Shown: positions 37,348 through 52,236, counted from the first letter of the stretch. The stretch: 64,000 bases of DNA from Massalongia carnosa (GCA_965645245.1 OZ287077.1:1860001-1924000), one strand, 5' to 3'. The notes: a model not told the origin generated them from the sequence alone. Numbers and translations: made by a program.

Positions 37348-39439
37348 TTTTGACACGAAGTTTGGAGAGCTGAGATTGATTATGGGCGTTGGTATTGTGG
37401 TGTAACGATCTTGGAATACTCAAGGCAAGGCTTCTGAGTAGGTGGTTTATATATATTTTGCTGTTCTGGAACTAAGGTAAGATCAGGGCTTCACTGCAGT
37501 CACCATATGAGGGCCTCTCCGTCCAAGTATGCATGAACATACTTCATCCAGTGTTGTGAGCATTGCACCAATGGCGAATAAAATGCATGGATGAGGAATC
37601 ATGTTTGAGGTTCTCGGTTCGACTTATGCGCAGGAAGTTGCTTGCCACTACGCAATCCTTGCGTAACATAGCTCTGATCATGGATCAAGATTCCCGCTGT
37701 AGTACGATCATGTCCGTTGAAGCCGAGTCCATTCATTGGAAACTTTACCTTTGTTTTACCACATGCTCGATGATGAGGCGGCGGCAAGGTGTATCTCAAC
37801 GAATGATTGCCCTCTATGGAGCGGGACGCCGTGCTGGCGGAAATCACCATATGCATGAGAGCAGATGTAGTTACCTGTGATAACCGTTACCTATTCCATT
37901 TGACCTCTCGGTTCAGATTTCAGAAAGACTTTGCAGCTGATGCAGGATGCAACTGGTTTGAGCAAAGGGCAGCGCGATAATTGGAGTTTGACTGTTTGCG
38001 TGGTTAAGTTGGATCGATGCCTCCAGAACTGCCATACACCCGGTAAAGAAAAAAACGTCCCACTTTCAAGATCAGCAAGAATCAACCGGGCGAAAAGTAA
38101 ATTCTGCATCTATTCGCTTTCGCGAAGTAATCTTCATTCCAACCCGTCACTCGTCGTTTGTCATCGTGGTAACTTCTACCCTCAGACCTACTCAATTCCC
38201 CGCATTCAGCAAGAATCCTCCCATCTCCCACCACCATGCGCGTCTAAGAAGGGTGTAGGGTAACTTGTGATCAAAAAGCAACAAAGAAAGCAACGAAGTA
38301 AAAAACCTCAGTCACAACTTGGCGGCAAATGTGCTCCTCTCTTACTTAAGCACTTTTCCCGTCGCCTGCATAGCAGCAGACGCACATTTGCCCTAAGGAT
38401 TTACTCGGACATGCGGTCAATCGGGAAGCGATACGACAGGGCTTGCTATCGATAGCGTCTGTTTTGTTTTGCTGATGGCGCCAATAGCCAGGACGAGCTG
38501 CCGCCAGTCGACGTGCTCATGTGTTGAAAGGATTGGAGACCTCAGAGTTGCCATGGGACTCCACTCGGGACGTGGGTCGTGCTATTGGGAAGAGGGGTAA
38601 AGTGCGAGCCTAGGTGGATGAGCGCATTGCGTCTGAGTAGTTATGGAATCGCTGGGAATAGCAAAGTACGGCTATAGTATACGGTAAGGCACGCGAGGTC
38701 ACAGGAGAGAGTCGGATGAATGCTCTTGGAAAAATACATCAGTTGTATTGTACTAGCACCGTGGCCATGAGAGTATGGTATGCGTCTGGTGTAGCGGTTA
38801 GTAGAGGGGGAATAAAGGGGACAAGCTCTAGCAACCGTGTGGCAACTATCAACGATGTCGCAAAAATATCGAGTTATCCAAGAATGAAGGACCAAAGACA
38901 GCATGTGTGACTCGATACGTCAAGAGGCTCGCTGGTCAGTTGAGTGCTAACAGATCGCGAGTGCATATACAGTTATCAAATATCCCGGATCGCTGCTCAG
39001 TCATTTCTCCCATGCTGTTTCCTAACCAGCATGTTTCTATGGGACATCCGTGCTTTTGTCTTCGTTAAGAGCTCTTGCCCTTGTCATCTATGCAAGTTAC
39101 CTTGGTTCAGCCAGCGTGGCATGCATAGCTTGTAGAGCTACTGCCTCATTGTTTACGGTCGTCTGGATGATTGTTTACTGTGATAGTAGCATGTCTAGCC
39201 TAGAAGAAGCATCCACAGCGCTTCAACTCTCAACTTATTGACCAAGTTGCTGTACAGTGCGCTATCTTTCTCCAAGTTCTAGAGTCATTACGTGTCCCAA
39301 TTTCTATTCGCTCTGGCTCAAACAACATTTTGAATATCAGCAAAAGCAGAAAGACGGATAAGATGATACAAGCACAAAAGGATGACGTTTTGGTGGGAAT
39401 TCAAAATGTGGCTAGGGTTGTGCCTTGAGTGGACATGGC

Positions 39440-41380
39440 TCTTCTTTTGCTTCGTGAGTCGGTCATCTTTGACTTGTTCCTTCTTGTGCTCCACGCTCTT
39501 CAAGATGGTAAAATCGGCAAGGAAAAAATGAGTTATTCTCAAGTAGCAGGTGTGTTCTCTTACGTCCTCTGGAATGACAAATTTGAGCATATAAACTGCA
39601 CAGGCATTCATGGACTTCCCAAGGCCTACTGGGATCAAGTCCTTGTTGATACAAAAAGACCAAAGAACAGAGATTAGTCGGGCTACTGCGCGCACAGCCT
39701 GCTAACCTTTTCGACCTGGCATCATCCATATTTGTCGAGGATGGAAGTGAGTGGCTTGTAATATGAGAATATCGGACGCAGCTCATCCACTCCAGCAAAT
39801 CATCTACAACAGAATGCTTAAAGTGCGGAAGAGTTTCCAAATCCAGAAAATAGAGAACGGCGGCGAAGAAGTTTCGTCTTCCATGTTGGATCTATTTTCG
39901 GCCTTGGGGCGGGAGGGTCACCTTTACTGGTATCCGAGAAGGAGAGAAGGGTACCACCTTCCCCTACGAATTTTCAATTCCTCGTACCTTTACAGAGAAG
40001 GAAATCATGACTTGATGGACACCAACCTATTTCCAACCCGTTAAACTATTTTAGGTTTCCGCCTATTGACAAACTTCCTACTAATCAGTAGTCGGCTTTA
40101 GTAAAATTCGCTGCGCCTTCCCGTACCAAATTTTTGCTGATATGAATCAAACAGTTCGATACTTGGCATCGCAAGAGCCGATCAAGGAAGACATCATAGG
40201 ACTAAACTAGGCGTTGAACAAGGTCTACAAGGGACATACGCCAATGACACTTTCATCAGTTTTGGACAAGATCTACTCCCATTATAAAGATTTTTCTACC
40301 ATCATGAAAACTGTGGGCCCTTCTGGCTCCTTAGAGGCTCTGCACGACGACTATCGTTATTTCATTGTAGGAGGAGGTCGCATGTCCAGCGTACTGGTTG
40401 CTGCATTTGATCCGGTGTTCTGGCTACATCATTGGTACTTCAGGTCTCCGGAACTCCTAATACAAGGGCGCCCCAAAGTATTGGCATAGCTACAAACAAA
40501 GCAACATCTATCAGTATTTCGCCATTTAGCAAGCTGTGCATCCCGAAAGCTGGTTTCTTAAGCCGAACCCTGGCGTCGAGGACATTTAAACGGCGTCTCT
40601 GTAACTTTTGGGGGGTTTCAAGATTAGAGCGGCGAAAAGGTTTGCACCTTGCGCGACTCTAGATATTGTGGGACATTGGCTACACTTACCCAGATATTGG
40701 GGGCATTTCAGATTCTGCGGGAGTAAAGACTCATTTCCACGAATGGTCCCAAAGGACGCTTTTTGAAGGATTCAAAGACCCACTGCTTGACATGCAACCG
40801 CTCGAATCTACACGAAGTCCAAGTTTCTCAGTTTCAGTCTACGATCTTACCATAGTCTTCTCTGAAACGTTTTTAAACGCACAAGCAGTCTTAACCACCT
40901 AGGCGAAGAAATTGACACATACTGAAGATGAGGAAGCTGAAAGTCAAAAGCCGCGTAGCGGCAAGATCCAGTTACAATCTCTAGCAAATTCGACGAGTCC
41001 AAATTGTCATGCGAGTGGTACATCGATAACGCTATTAGACGGTAAGCTTTCCTGGAATATTGCCATACATTGCTATGGGACTACACAGCTCCAGGCTAGC
41101 TCTGAACGGATCCTTCAAAATTGAATACTTCATTGGCCCCTAACTGCAAGCAAACACTGGCGAGGGAGCAAATCGTCGACCCTCATGGTACGTGGCCTGC
41201 AGCTTTTGGTGAGCTGCAAGAAATCTCAACTTCCGCGCGGATCGGACCCAACTATATACGAGGAATATCCTAAACCCATCGAGGAGATCACCCGGCGTGC
41301 GTCCTCCTGATTGCCGGGGAAATGGCCGAGTCGGCATACGCAGCCAACAGCCGGATGAAGAAACCAAGTTTCGTTAAAAG
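39440..41380 (+). pseudogene. Tyrosinase (type-3 copper protein) pseudogene
   Basis: SYSQVAG/IHGLP; GYCAHSLLTFSTWHHPYL (CuA); KKFRLPCW; SLEALHDDYR...GGGRMSSVLVAAFDPVFWLHH (CuB); LWDIGYTYPD. Multiple stops and frameshifts. End coordinates approximate. Confidence 0.85.
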
Positions 41381-41569
41381 CGCGCATATTCAAATTGATA
41401 GATAGCCTTTCTCTCTCTGTATATATACATACATATGCAACACCGAACACGGAATTGGTTTTTCTCCAACCATACATCCAGTCCAAGGCCAGGCTTGAGG
41501 TTGGAAAGACTGATGCTTCCCAGTGCAGAGAATAATAGTGAATCATTCCAACACCCCGCGACCACCTTA

Positions 41570-43000
41570 CACCGATCCAAAAAAAAAAGTCTCCTATCCT
41601 TCTCGTCTCATCACGAAGCACCCCGGCCTCGTAGCTAAACCCCACATTCCGTATTCAACGCCCTCCCCTCCCCTCCCCCATTTTTTTTTCTTCTATATTA
41701 TTATTTTTATACCTCTCTTTCTTCCCTTCCCCCCTTCCTTCTCTTTCCCCACCCATCCGCCCATAACCAGCCATCCATCCATCCATTAACCCCTCCCACC
41801 TATCCCTCTAAATCACCCTCTCCTTACAGCCAACAACAACAACAACAACAACAACATCACCACCACCAGCCAACTCGCATTCCTTCAATCGAGATATACA
41901 ATATGACCACCCCCCCCCCCCCAAAAAAAACCTTTGCGGAGCCTCAAAGCGAACCTTCCATGCCCGAAAGGTACCTATACTAACCCTCGAAAGTCCTCAG
42001 AAAGCCATCCATGATCGGGTTTTCTATTGCTTACTTGCTCAGCCAGACGTTTAGGCAGATAGAGAGAGATAGGTATTCACGCCGCCAAAGAAAATAAAAA
42101 AATGTCTCGGGTAGTAAGCTATAACTGGAAGTTTGGGGTGGTTTTTTTATTGGGGGGGATGGAACGGGGGAACGGGGCTTGTGTATTATCATCATTGCCG
42201 CTTGCACTAGCGCCGCTCCTTGCGCCTACATAATTTGGGGGGGTGGGGGGTGGGGGGTGGAAGGGAGAGATGAGGAAGAGGACGGTAGGTGGGGAGTTGA
42301 CGGAGGGATGGAGAGAGAGGTGGGTTAATAAGTACATGGGTATAGATACACATAGTCAAATTGAATCCAGACACCTAGGCAACCAAAGCAAGGCCACGAC
42401 AAGCACACCCCCCACCCCCCAACAGCCTCCCCAACGCGATCCGCGGCCCCATATTCCGCCTTAAATTCCATATTCTCCATTACGAATGGGGTTGGATATA
42501 CTGGGTGGCTATATTAGGGGTGTTCTTTAGTCACTTGGGAGTAGGTACCACGAAGGCGTTTTGAGAGAATCTAGGGGCTAGCGGTTTCCGAATCCCTCCG
42601 TCCCTCTTTCGTTCCCTTTGAACTGCTGTTCTCCAGCGATTTACTGCTCTGGTCCGCAGATCTGGAGTCCTCGATTTTCATGGTCATTAGTTTTTACTTT
42701 GGAATGGAAATGAGAGATGATACTGAAAACGAGTAGTGGAGTAGTGGGAACGAGGGAGGGGAAATAATGACAGAAGGGGAGATGGAATAGGAATAATGGA
42801 GAGATAGGAGGGAATAGGTGGGACTGAAAGAGATTTTGCATAGAAAGGTGAAGAGGTGGATAAGTGAGGAAAGGTAATAGTTGGGGGAGATGAAGATACA
42901 GGAAGGAGAGGGGATGATATGAGAGGTGACGGAAGGATGCATTAGTAATGATTGAAAGAAGGTGAGCAGTATTTTATGCGATGAAACGCAAAGCCGAAGC
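41570..43000. repeat. Low-complexity purine/pyrimidine-skewed tract with (CAA)n and C/G runs
   Basis: (CAA)8 at ~41830-41855, a C run at ~41910, and GA-rich 42700-42960. Confidence 0.7.
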
Positions 43001-46000
43001 ATAGAAGTAATCATAGCATTGGGTGGGGAACTGGCTGGAGCTTGGAGATTCCAAAACAAATCACTACCTTTTCCTCTTTTCGAAATGATCCGAGGACAAA
43101 GTTTCTTGGCAAAATAACGCGTGATGAGAAATAATCGGCGTGAAACTCCTTGGGGAGATTTCGGTGAACTAAGAGGGTTGATTAGGAGAGAAGTTGGGCG
43201 AACCTCAAAGCACCTTCTAGTATAGATCTGAAGTCAGCATGAGCCATCGCTTCAGCGGTTAGGGATTACTTTCGTGTTCGGAGCTTCCTCTTCTACAATG
43301 GCATATGCACCCTCGATGATTTGTATCGTTAAGACGACTTCTGTGACCCATGCCACAAAGCTTATCGCTCCAGCTGCCCGCCATTGGAAGGGGTACACCA
43401 TCACTAATGCGGCTGTAGTGGCTATGTTGATCGCAAGCCCGCCATAGAACCAACCCGGTAACCGGGGAATTTTGTGATTCAAAGCAAGGGGATGATGATG
43501 CAATAGAGCGAAAAGAGCTGCAGCAGCACTTGTGAGAGGGAGGTGTAGTAGCTGGGTTTGGGAATGGTGGAACGCAGGTTGGCGAGCGATTTTATGTCGA
43601 CGACATGCCTACGGATACACCCGAGGTAGTGAGGATGTAGCAGTGAAAGAACAGTGCAGTTTTATGATACACGATGATGTGAATGATGTGAAGGATGTAT
43701 TCGATCTCGTATGGTTCTCCTGGGTTTAATGACGGGCGAGGGGTGGGAAGGACGGCTTAAATATTTTCAGCAAAAAAATCAGAACATACATTAGGAGTAA
43801 GAAATGATGAAGCTAAACGCGTATTTCTCCGCATGAACCTGCTCTGTTGGGTAGTTGGCTCTTTGGGCTTGAGAACTGTCGACTGCGGAATTCCAGCGAC
43901 AATGCTGGGTTCTTGACCAAGTTTTTTTTCAAAATTGAAATGATTTCTTTTCTGATTGAGTGAGGCTTTGGTCAAGAGCTTTGTTCTACCGAAGATGCCT
44001 GGTCATCTTTCTTCTTAGGTCTGAGAGCTTCAAACTGATCTATTTCATCTGCGCACCTTTTCAAGAACTCCAGCTAGTCTATTGCCATTATGATAATAGA
44101 TTGATACGCTTCTTTAACGGGCTCAGTCAGAGAACTTCTGATAAATTAGTTGGATATATTTAACCCCTTTTGGCAAACTCGGCGAAGTTCTCAAACCGCT
44201 CGCTACGGGCAACTCGATAAGTGGTAGGAATAATAGCTTGGCGATTAGGTGGACTTTCTCCATAGGGAAAATTTGCCCTGAGCGTAACAGTAGTAGCGTG
44301 TCGGGCTTAGAACTCTGCCAGGCTTAAAAGTTGTCTGGTCGAGTAATGTGCAGTCGACCGAACAACAATTGTGGACGATATCCAGAAGAGCAAAGACAAA
44401 CATTAGATACCTGAATACCACAGCTTCCTTAGACGATCAAATAGCATTTCATTAAGGACATCATAGGGCGAAAATTCAATGCTCTGCTTTTTGTAAAAAG
44501 ATTGCTTGAATGTAGTGATGATCTTGCGTTGATATGCACTGAAACCATTGTATTCCTTGCTCTTAGTAAGGTCAAAAGAAAAGTCCATAATAAAAGGATA
44601 TAACATGCTCTCAAGGTTCGCATACACATTAGAATGAAGGAAATTGAAATGAAACGTTTTTGCAGATAATTTGTTAGAAGGAGTCTTCCCAAGTACCATG
44701 CTTTATCACGTATAGGGCGTTTTGATATTGACAACAAATCGCCCAGTTATAAATACCGAGTCCAGAGCCTTAGGAAACGCTTCGAATGAGCAATAAATAA
44801 AGGTGATCTAGTTGTTCTTCTCTGTTATGACAGATGAACGAAACATTTTTACGGTCATTGCTTTAAAAATGGACGGACCGCAACATTTACGCGGAAAGTC
44901 ACGAGCTACCACGAGGAATGCTTCTTCCATGATCAGTGTGAAGCACCTCGAGACACCCACTGCCCTCGACAACCCATTTGCTCACTTTCCTATTGCTCCG
45001 AAAAATTCTCCGTGCGTCCGTTCATCTTGCGGGAGTTTAGAACACTCGTATTCGTCTTTTGCTCTGCTTTCCATCAACTCACGACATATTCTCTAGGAGC
45101 GAGTATGAATAAATACCAAAATGGATAATAAGCAACGACAGGGCTATTAAAATGTACATAGTAGCAAAAATCACACGCCTCAGCATTCCAGATGGACCGA
45201 AGTGAAGAATTTGTGAATTTTTAGCTTCATTGTTTCTCATAGTCCACGCCCTGAAGGACGACTTTGCATCAAGCTAAACTTCAAGAAGAAACGGGAGGAT
45301 AATGCTCCTTATGATTGGACACTAACACTCTCATGGCTTGCTTCTCTCCCGCCACGGCACGATTGCAGTACCAATCCAAGGAGCGCTAGCTTCCCTTGAA
45401 TTTGCCAAGTTGTGGCAAGGATACATCGGCTGTCTACGCATACTCGTTAGCATGATGTTATTTTCATACATTTTGGAGGCTTGTTCAGACTACATGGTGA
45501 AGTTCCGTGTCGGTACAGTAGGTTAGTGTCAAGATAAACCGAGCACGGATAGAACACAATATGATGGAAGAGAAGGGACTATGGAGATTGGCGGAATTTC
45601 CACGTTCTTGGATGCAGGGTTCACGGTAAACCCTTGGCATGGAACTCCCCTTTACAGAGAGGGACCGAACGAGCAGGCGTTGCGCTCCTTCGTTACTAAG
45701 TACGTTCACCACAAGCCCCTTTACCAAGTTACCTGGCAACTATCATGCGAAAACTCAACTAAGCACAGAGTACAGAGTACAGAGAACTTGTTGAGAAATG
45801 CAGGTACGCTTGCGAGCGAAGTTTTTCTTGATTTAAGATCATTCGGTTTACTTTGCACATCGTCGGCAGCGAGGAGCTGAAAGCCTTTTAAATTCCTGCC
45901 CTCACTTGCTGATCATCGTTTCGTATCTCTAGTCAGAGTATTACGACGTTCGATCATCCGTCGTTGCCTTGTTGCCCTTGTCGCTGCCTTGTTGCCCTTG

Positions 46001-46479
46001 TCGTTGCCAACCTTCTTTCATTAGCGTGATGACCATGATCAATGTCATCGTCAATGCTACCCGACTCTCGACTCTCTAGTGTCTTCTCCTATGCAGAGAC
46101 CTCTCTATGCACCAATCAAACCCCAACCCGCGTCAACCAAAACAGAGTGTGCCGAGTACCGTATTGGTCACACACGGCAGAACCAAAGCCAATCCATACA
46201 AGCCATGCGCATACCTTGCCCCAAAGCCAAGAGACTCCGACGCTCAACCGCGCTCTTGAACTGTGATGCTTATTAGCATGAAACAGAAGCAATTATACCT
46301 GCAGAGTTGGTACAGACGGATCTTGGTCGCGATGAGCCAGCAAGTGGCGCCCTTAAGCCTGCTGTGTAATATGAGCAACGCTTTTGGTATCTACGGCCGA
46401 TAATTTGTGGAATCTTTGGCTGGCTCTTCTGCATTTATGCCTGTTATTTGATCAATTCTCCTGGCTCATTGTTCGAAAG

Positions 46480-47946
46480 ATGAGTCTCTTATTTTATCGT
46501 AGACCCGAGTATGTTGCAAAGAACCATGGCCGAATGGATACGTCCGACTTCCAGAAATATCTTGAGAAGCAACGAGCTGCCATCCCGCAACAGCTTTGCT
46601 TTGAGAACGTAGTTACCAACAGGGCAATGCCAGTAAGTCAAACCAAATTTGTCCTCCATCAGCCAGGAAGAAGCTCACGAGAAAAAAGCCATGTTCGTTG
46701 CAAGATTTCATGGGATATTTACTTTACGTGTCTCACGAAGCCGAGAGCCTCCAATTCTACCTATGGTTCCAGGATTACTCCAAACGCTTCTTCACGGCAT
46801 CAAGAGCAGAACAAGCACTGTCGCCGCCGTGGGACGAGGACAAAGCACCAGAGGCTGGCGAGGGGAGGGTGCCAAACTCAACAACACATCGAAAGTCCGA
46901 ATTTCAATTCGACTTCGACGCCAAAGATCCTCTTCCCCTTTCGCCCACCTTCGGGAAACATTCATTTATCTCCACTTCCGCCAATAACAACTTCGCCCGC
47001 CCGATGGATTTTGCCAACGCTCAATCGGGGCTGAAATGGCAGTCATGTAAGCGATGCGGTGAACCATCAGGGGTGGTTATGCTGATGCTTGCCCAGTCAC
47101 TATCCAACCCTTTCGCTCCGAAGTCAACAGAATTATATCTCACTACCTCGCTCCGGGCTCTCCCCGCGAACTCAACCTCTCGCAGAGAGATCGCACAGCA
47201 TGTGTAAACATTCCCATAATATGTCTTCACGCAGCTCATGGACTAATCCGAGGTACCAGCTCCACGCGCTTCAACACACCACTCACCCCTCCGCCTTCTC
47301 CATTCCCATCGGTATAGTCACCGACTCGCTCCGAAATCAATCCCATCCAAATTTCATTCGCTGGTCGATGGTCAACGGTAACAAACCCCGCATAATCTTT
47401 GGGCGCACCCTCGGAATCCTCCATATCCTCTTCGGCTTTGTCATCGCCATCCTTCTTACCCTCTCCGTCAAGCCCCGCTGGTGGCGCTTCTTCGCTGCCC
47501 TAGCTTGGTTTCTCGGCTTCAACTTTCTCCTTGCTGGCTCCAACGGCATCTGCCTCGTCCTTTACGCCACGCGAAACCGCCATCTCCGGCCGTGGGAGCA
47601 GGTCGTCACCGACAGCGCCTCGTCATACCTGGCGTCGGACGAATCCGACCAGACCACGCTGGCGGGGTCGGACGTCTACAGCATGTCGCATGGCAGTGGC
47701 AAGAAGCGTCACGTGGCGCTCGAGGCGTTCGGCACCGCGAACTCGTATGGGCACGAGTTGTGGGTGGAGAAATACCGTGCGAAAATGATGATTCGAAAGA
47801 TTTTTGACACGAGTGTCTGGGTGCAGAACGAGAACATCCGGATCATGCAGGACAAGGTGGCGCTGCAGGGGTTGGTTTTGAGCATCATCGCCACGGTGCC
47901 GTTGACGGCGCTGTTTACAGCCGTCCCGCGTGGCGGGTTTTATTGA
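46480..47946 (+). CDS. Fungal RGS-domain-containing membrane protein (4 exons)
   Basis: PCSLQDFMGYLLYVSHEAESLQFYLWFQDY; QPFRSEVNRIISHYLAPGSPRELNLS; LHALQHTTHPSAF; SHPNFIRWS; then about three hydrophobic segments. Confidence 0.85.
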
Positions 47947-50900
47947 TATATGTAATGAGGGTCAAATTTACGTCATGAATGTTGGAAAAATTGATAATGA
48001 AGATGAATCGATTGATTATTTCTACCCACACGCGGTCTAGAGCCCCCGAAAACCAGAACCCCTCCGCTATCCTTTTACTATCATGCGCCCCAGCCCTTTT
48101 AAATCGTAACGTTTAACTTCAAGAACTAGGCGCAAATCGCCGAGGGAGTTTTTTTCCCCTTCCCCTTTGATCCTTTCTTCCGCTACCTACCTACCTACCT
48201 ACACCGGAACCCCCCCCTTTATCCCTCCCAAATAGTGTTCCGGAACGGCAAGACTCGACCGGAAGGTCCCCAAGGAAGGCTTCCTAGGTTCCGAGTCCAG
48301 GTCCAGGAAAAAGAAGACGGTGATTTGGCTTTCTCGTTTAATTTTATCTTTGTTTATCCGAACAGAAGAACTGGGTGGGAGGTAGAGCTTGGATAATCTC
48401 TTTGCTGCTTTGTCATCTGGTTACGGTACTGGTACTGGTATTGATAGGTGTTAGTGTTGGTGTTCCATACAAAAGCCATCCATCAAGGCGACGTTTTCAC
48501 AATCCCTCTTTTTATTTTATTTAAATTCTCTCCTTTTTATTTTTATTTATTTATTATTGATTCATCAAAGCATATCGCATCCTAAGGATATGACGCTCCA
48601 ACTGCTATTTATGTATGTACATACATACATAAACAAACCAGTCAGGAAGTGGGAAAATTTAAAATCTCTCCTCTTCCAGTCATACCCCCGAGCGAGCCTT
48701 CTGGGTCTTGTTTCTGTATTACGCAAACATATATTCTGTGTATTATATTCTCCGTTGTAAGGGGTACGGAGTACGCTTTACGAAAATCCACCCCTATCTC
48801 ATTTACAACCATCTCCCCCCCTTTTTATCCGTCTCTCTTTCCTATGTAATGTATCCCTTTTTATCCCCTTTCTGTTCCCCAATCCCATAATAAGAAGAAG
48901 GAGAGTCCTCGATCTTGCAGCAGCAGCAGCAGGCCAATTCCGAACATGAAACCTCCTTCCTCCTCCTACCGTTGCTGCTACCGCTTGCAGAAAATCTCGC
49001 CGGCCAAGGCACTTACCCACTCATCTACTCGCGGTCCGCTGAAGAGCTAGCTGTGCAGTCAGTAGGTAAGTCCGGTTCTCCTTTTATCCCTTATACCTTG
49101 TGCCTCGTGAGCAGAGCAGAGCAGAGCCGAGCCCCCGCTTTCCCGCCCACGGCTTATTTTTCCTTTCTCGTTTTCGTATTCAGCCTCACGAGAGGAGAGA
49201 CAGCTAGATGTTTATTACTAGTGCTAGTGGTAGCTATATGGATGGACGGAACTATGCACATCTAGTTTTTTGGCTAATCACTCGCGTCTATGAGGATGAT
49301 TAATCGCATCGGCAGTGTTAAGCCTTATAATACATATTTTATGTATTTATACCGGGACTAGCTTATGGTGTATATAGGCGCTTATTGTGGAGGGCTTCCT
49401 AGGGGGGGGTGTTATTGTTGGAGAACTGCGCCTTTTTTTTAATTTTTAAAAAAGCCTATATATATTTCTATTAATTTGTTCCTTATTTTTTTATTTTCCA
49501 AAAAAAAAGAATACCATCTACCAGTACTATTTATTCTCCTCGTCCGGGCTTTCGTATGTCCATTTAATAACTGAACTTGGTTTAAACAAAAGAAAAAGTA
49601 GCATGTTGAAAAGTAAAGCTTTTTTAAAAACAAGGGGTTTTAACTAAACGTTCGTGGCGTTAACGAAGACGCAGCCGTGTTGTATCAGTCCTGCATTTGC
49701 GCCAACGGGGTTGGGCGGTGAGCCCGGGGATTTAGAAATGATGTTTTTTGGAGGGGAGAAAGGGGGTGGGTGGGAGGGTTATGTTAAGGGAAAAGATGAA
49801 TGGAGGTTTAAACACATACAGTTAATGGCAGAGAACCCCAACAATCACTCCCCCCCCTCCTCTGCCTAACTACCCTACAAGCTTCCCCAAACAAATCCCC
49901 AAAGCATTAACTTCCCCCCCTTCCCCAGGAGTCTCAACCTCCTTTCCCCGCCTGCTCGGTCATGGAAAAATCAAAGCAAGCCCAAGCTAAGTACGTAACG
50001 GAAAGAAAACTGGCGTGGACAGTGTTTGCCCGTTGTAAGCAAGCGAGTAAGCGAGCGAAACAACAAACTGCGTGGGAAAGAAACTCCTAGTTAGTTGATG
50101 ACCCTATGTATTGCACTTTGTTCTTTCATTTCTTTCTGAAATCATGGTCTGGGAGATTCCGACTTGTCCAGCCCCCCCGAGTAATATGTCCGAATGCGAA
50201 TTTCGGACGCATTGGAAATCACATACTTTTATATAGTTAGTTAGGAAACAGTGACTCGATTCGGTTGAATATCTACCTTTCAGAGGTTAGGTAGAGTAAG
50301 TAAATCCTTGCGAGATATATCTTACATATATACTCACACTTCCCGGTTGACTGAACCGGCCTCAAACGGACATCTTACCTGAACAAACGACCTACTGAGG
50401 ACAGTCATTTATGTGGATTTAAACTCGCTAGGATGGAAGCTGCGTGTCGGTCACATTTGGGGCCGGGATTGATTTGAAACATTGACTTTCTCCCCACAAA
50501 TCTTATGGCTGTGTTCGGCTATGTAAAGTCGCAAGCGTTATCGCCATTTCGAAATGCTTTCTTGCGTTTTCCAAATCAGTCTTCCCCTTCGAAAGACTTT
50601 AGACCTATCATCCGTAACATTGCGGCTATATTATTTAGTCTCACATACCTACATTTATTGCTTCAGGGGTAGCTATATGAATGCATGCGAAGGGATTAAG
50701 CAGGTAAAGTTCGTCAGACAATCTTGATACGCTATGGTTTTTCTCATTTGGGCAAAAGTTCGAGTGGAGACGACAACAGCTCCTTTCTCTGATGTTTACA
50801 AACCACACCGAAAATAGCTGGATAATCCATAGCACATTATTGGAGTGTCGTTTCGACAGAGTCGCGAAGTCAACCCCCTCAAGGCATAAGTTTACTTATG

Positions 50901-52236
50901 GTCTGAAAACGAGGATGGAAATACGGCAAACGGTTCCACTAATTGGGTCAAGAAATTAGTAGTTACGGTTTGCCCTAGTCGGTGCCGAGTTTATCCGAGC
51001 GCCGAAGTCGTGCCGAGTAGAATCGTGCCCAACTAAGGCAACTAGGAATCACAAATCGCCCAAATGCTTTCCTGATTCATTATCCTCTGCATTTTCGCTC
51101 ACCCCTTTTTGCTCGTCACCCCTTTCACCCACCGTCACCATCACCCGTTCTATTACCGATCCTAACTTCCTCCATCATTCTTATCACCACCACCAATAAT
51201 CCTCTCAAAATTCTCATTTCTTCTTTCTTTCTTTCTTTCTATTTCATTCTTCTCGTAGGAAATGGAGGGTGGAGGGGTTGGAGTGCGCGGGAATAGTTAT
51301 ATATTTATAAGAGGGATTGAGTGCTATAGAATTAAGAGGATAGAAATAAGTATTCATAAGGGAACGAAAATTTGTGCAGTTTGCTGATACTCAAGATCTT
51401 CTCTTTCATAAGTTTTTTTCTTGGAGGGGGGTTTCTTTTTAGCCCCTTGCCCATATCTCCCTAAAGAACTCAAACCAGAAAGAAAAGGAAACATAAGAAA
51501 GAGAGGCTCGCTGGCTGATAGGAAGAGCACAAAAAAAATACCTGCAGAAGGCTGGAGGTTCTGGAGATTTAAAAATGAAGAGCGAAGCGAAGAAAATCGG
51601 AGTGAGATTTAAGACAGGATACAAATCGTGAAAGTATGGTCCTTAACGCTCCAGAAAAGGAGTCGCTCATTTAAGGAACATGGCCCCTTTGTAGCTCCCC
51701 TTGGTGGTTAGCTATCAGTCGGACTGATTCAAAAAGTATTTTTCCCTCTCCTCTCCTCTCATTCTTCCCTCCTTTCCTCCAATTCCCCCAACCAGAACAC
51801 CACTATTCTCTTACTTCCTCCGCTACCCCCCCCAAAAAGAGCATTACAATGACTATGCGTGTGTACGCGCGCCTGGACGATCAGAAAATCAGATCATCGA
51901 GTCTAGAAAGGAAAAGGGAAAGAGCTTGACATTTAACTATTACACAGCATCAGTTTTTCATATTCACAGGAACAGTAAGAGAGAAATGAACAATGCAGAA
52001 GGTAAAGAAGAGTTGGAAAGTTGGAGTAGAGAGACAGAAACTTGAGCGAAGATAACTAGAGGAGTTGAGATAAGAAACAAGAAGCAAGTTACACTTCTGA
52101 AAGAGAAATCTTTCGATTAGATAGGAATCTTGATGTCTCGTTCTTGATTTCAATATTTCTTACCCATTCTATGTAAGTAATTTTTCTTATAAAATGTCAG
52201 CCATTTATCTTCCACATCAACCAAACTGATAATGAC

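Noticed and set aside
45963..46008. 20-bp tandem duplication (GTTGCCTTGTTGCCCTTGTC); this and the 53629 repeat considered as CRISPR-like arrays
   Set aside because: Simple tandem duplications without unique spacers, in a eukaryotic context with no cas genes.
51680..51735. tRNA-like or U6-like look (CATGGCCCC, GTAGCTC..TTGGT)
   Set aside because: No cloverleaf, no GTTCRA T-loop and no U6 ACAGAGA box.
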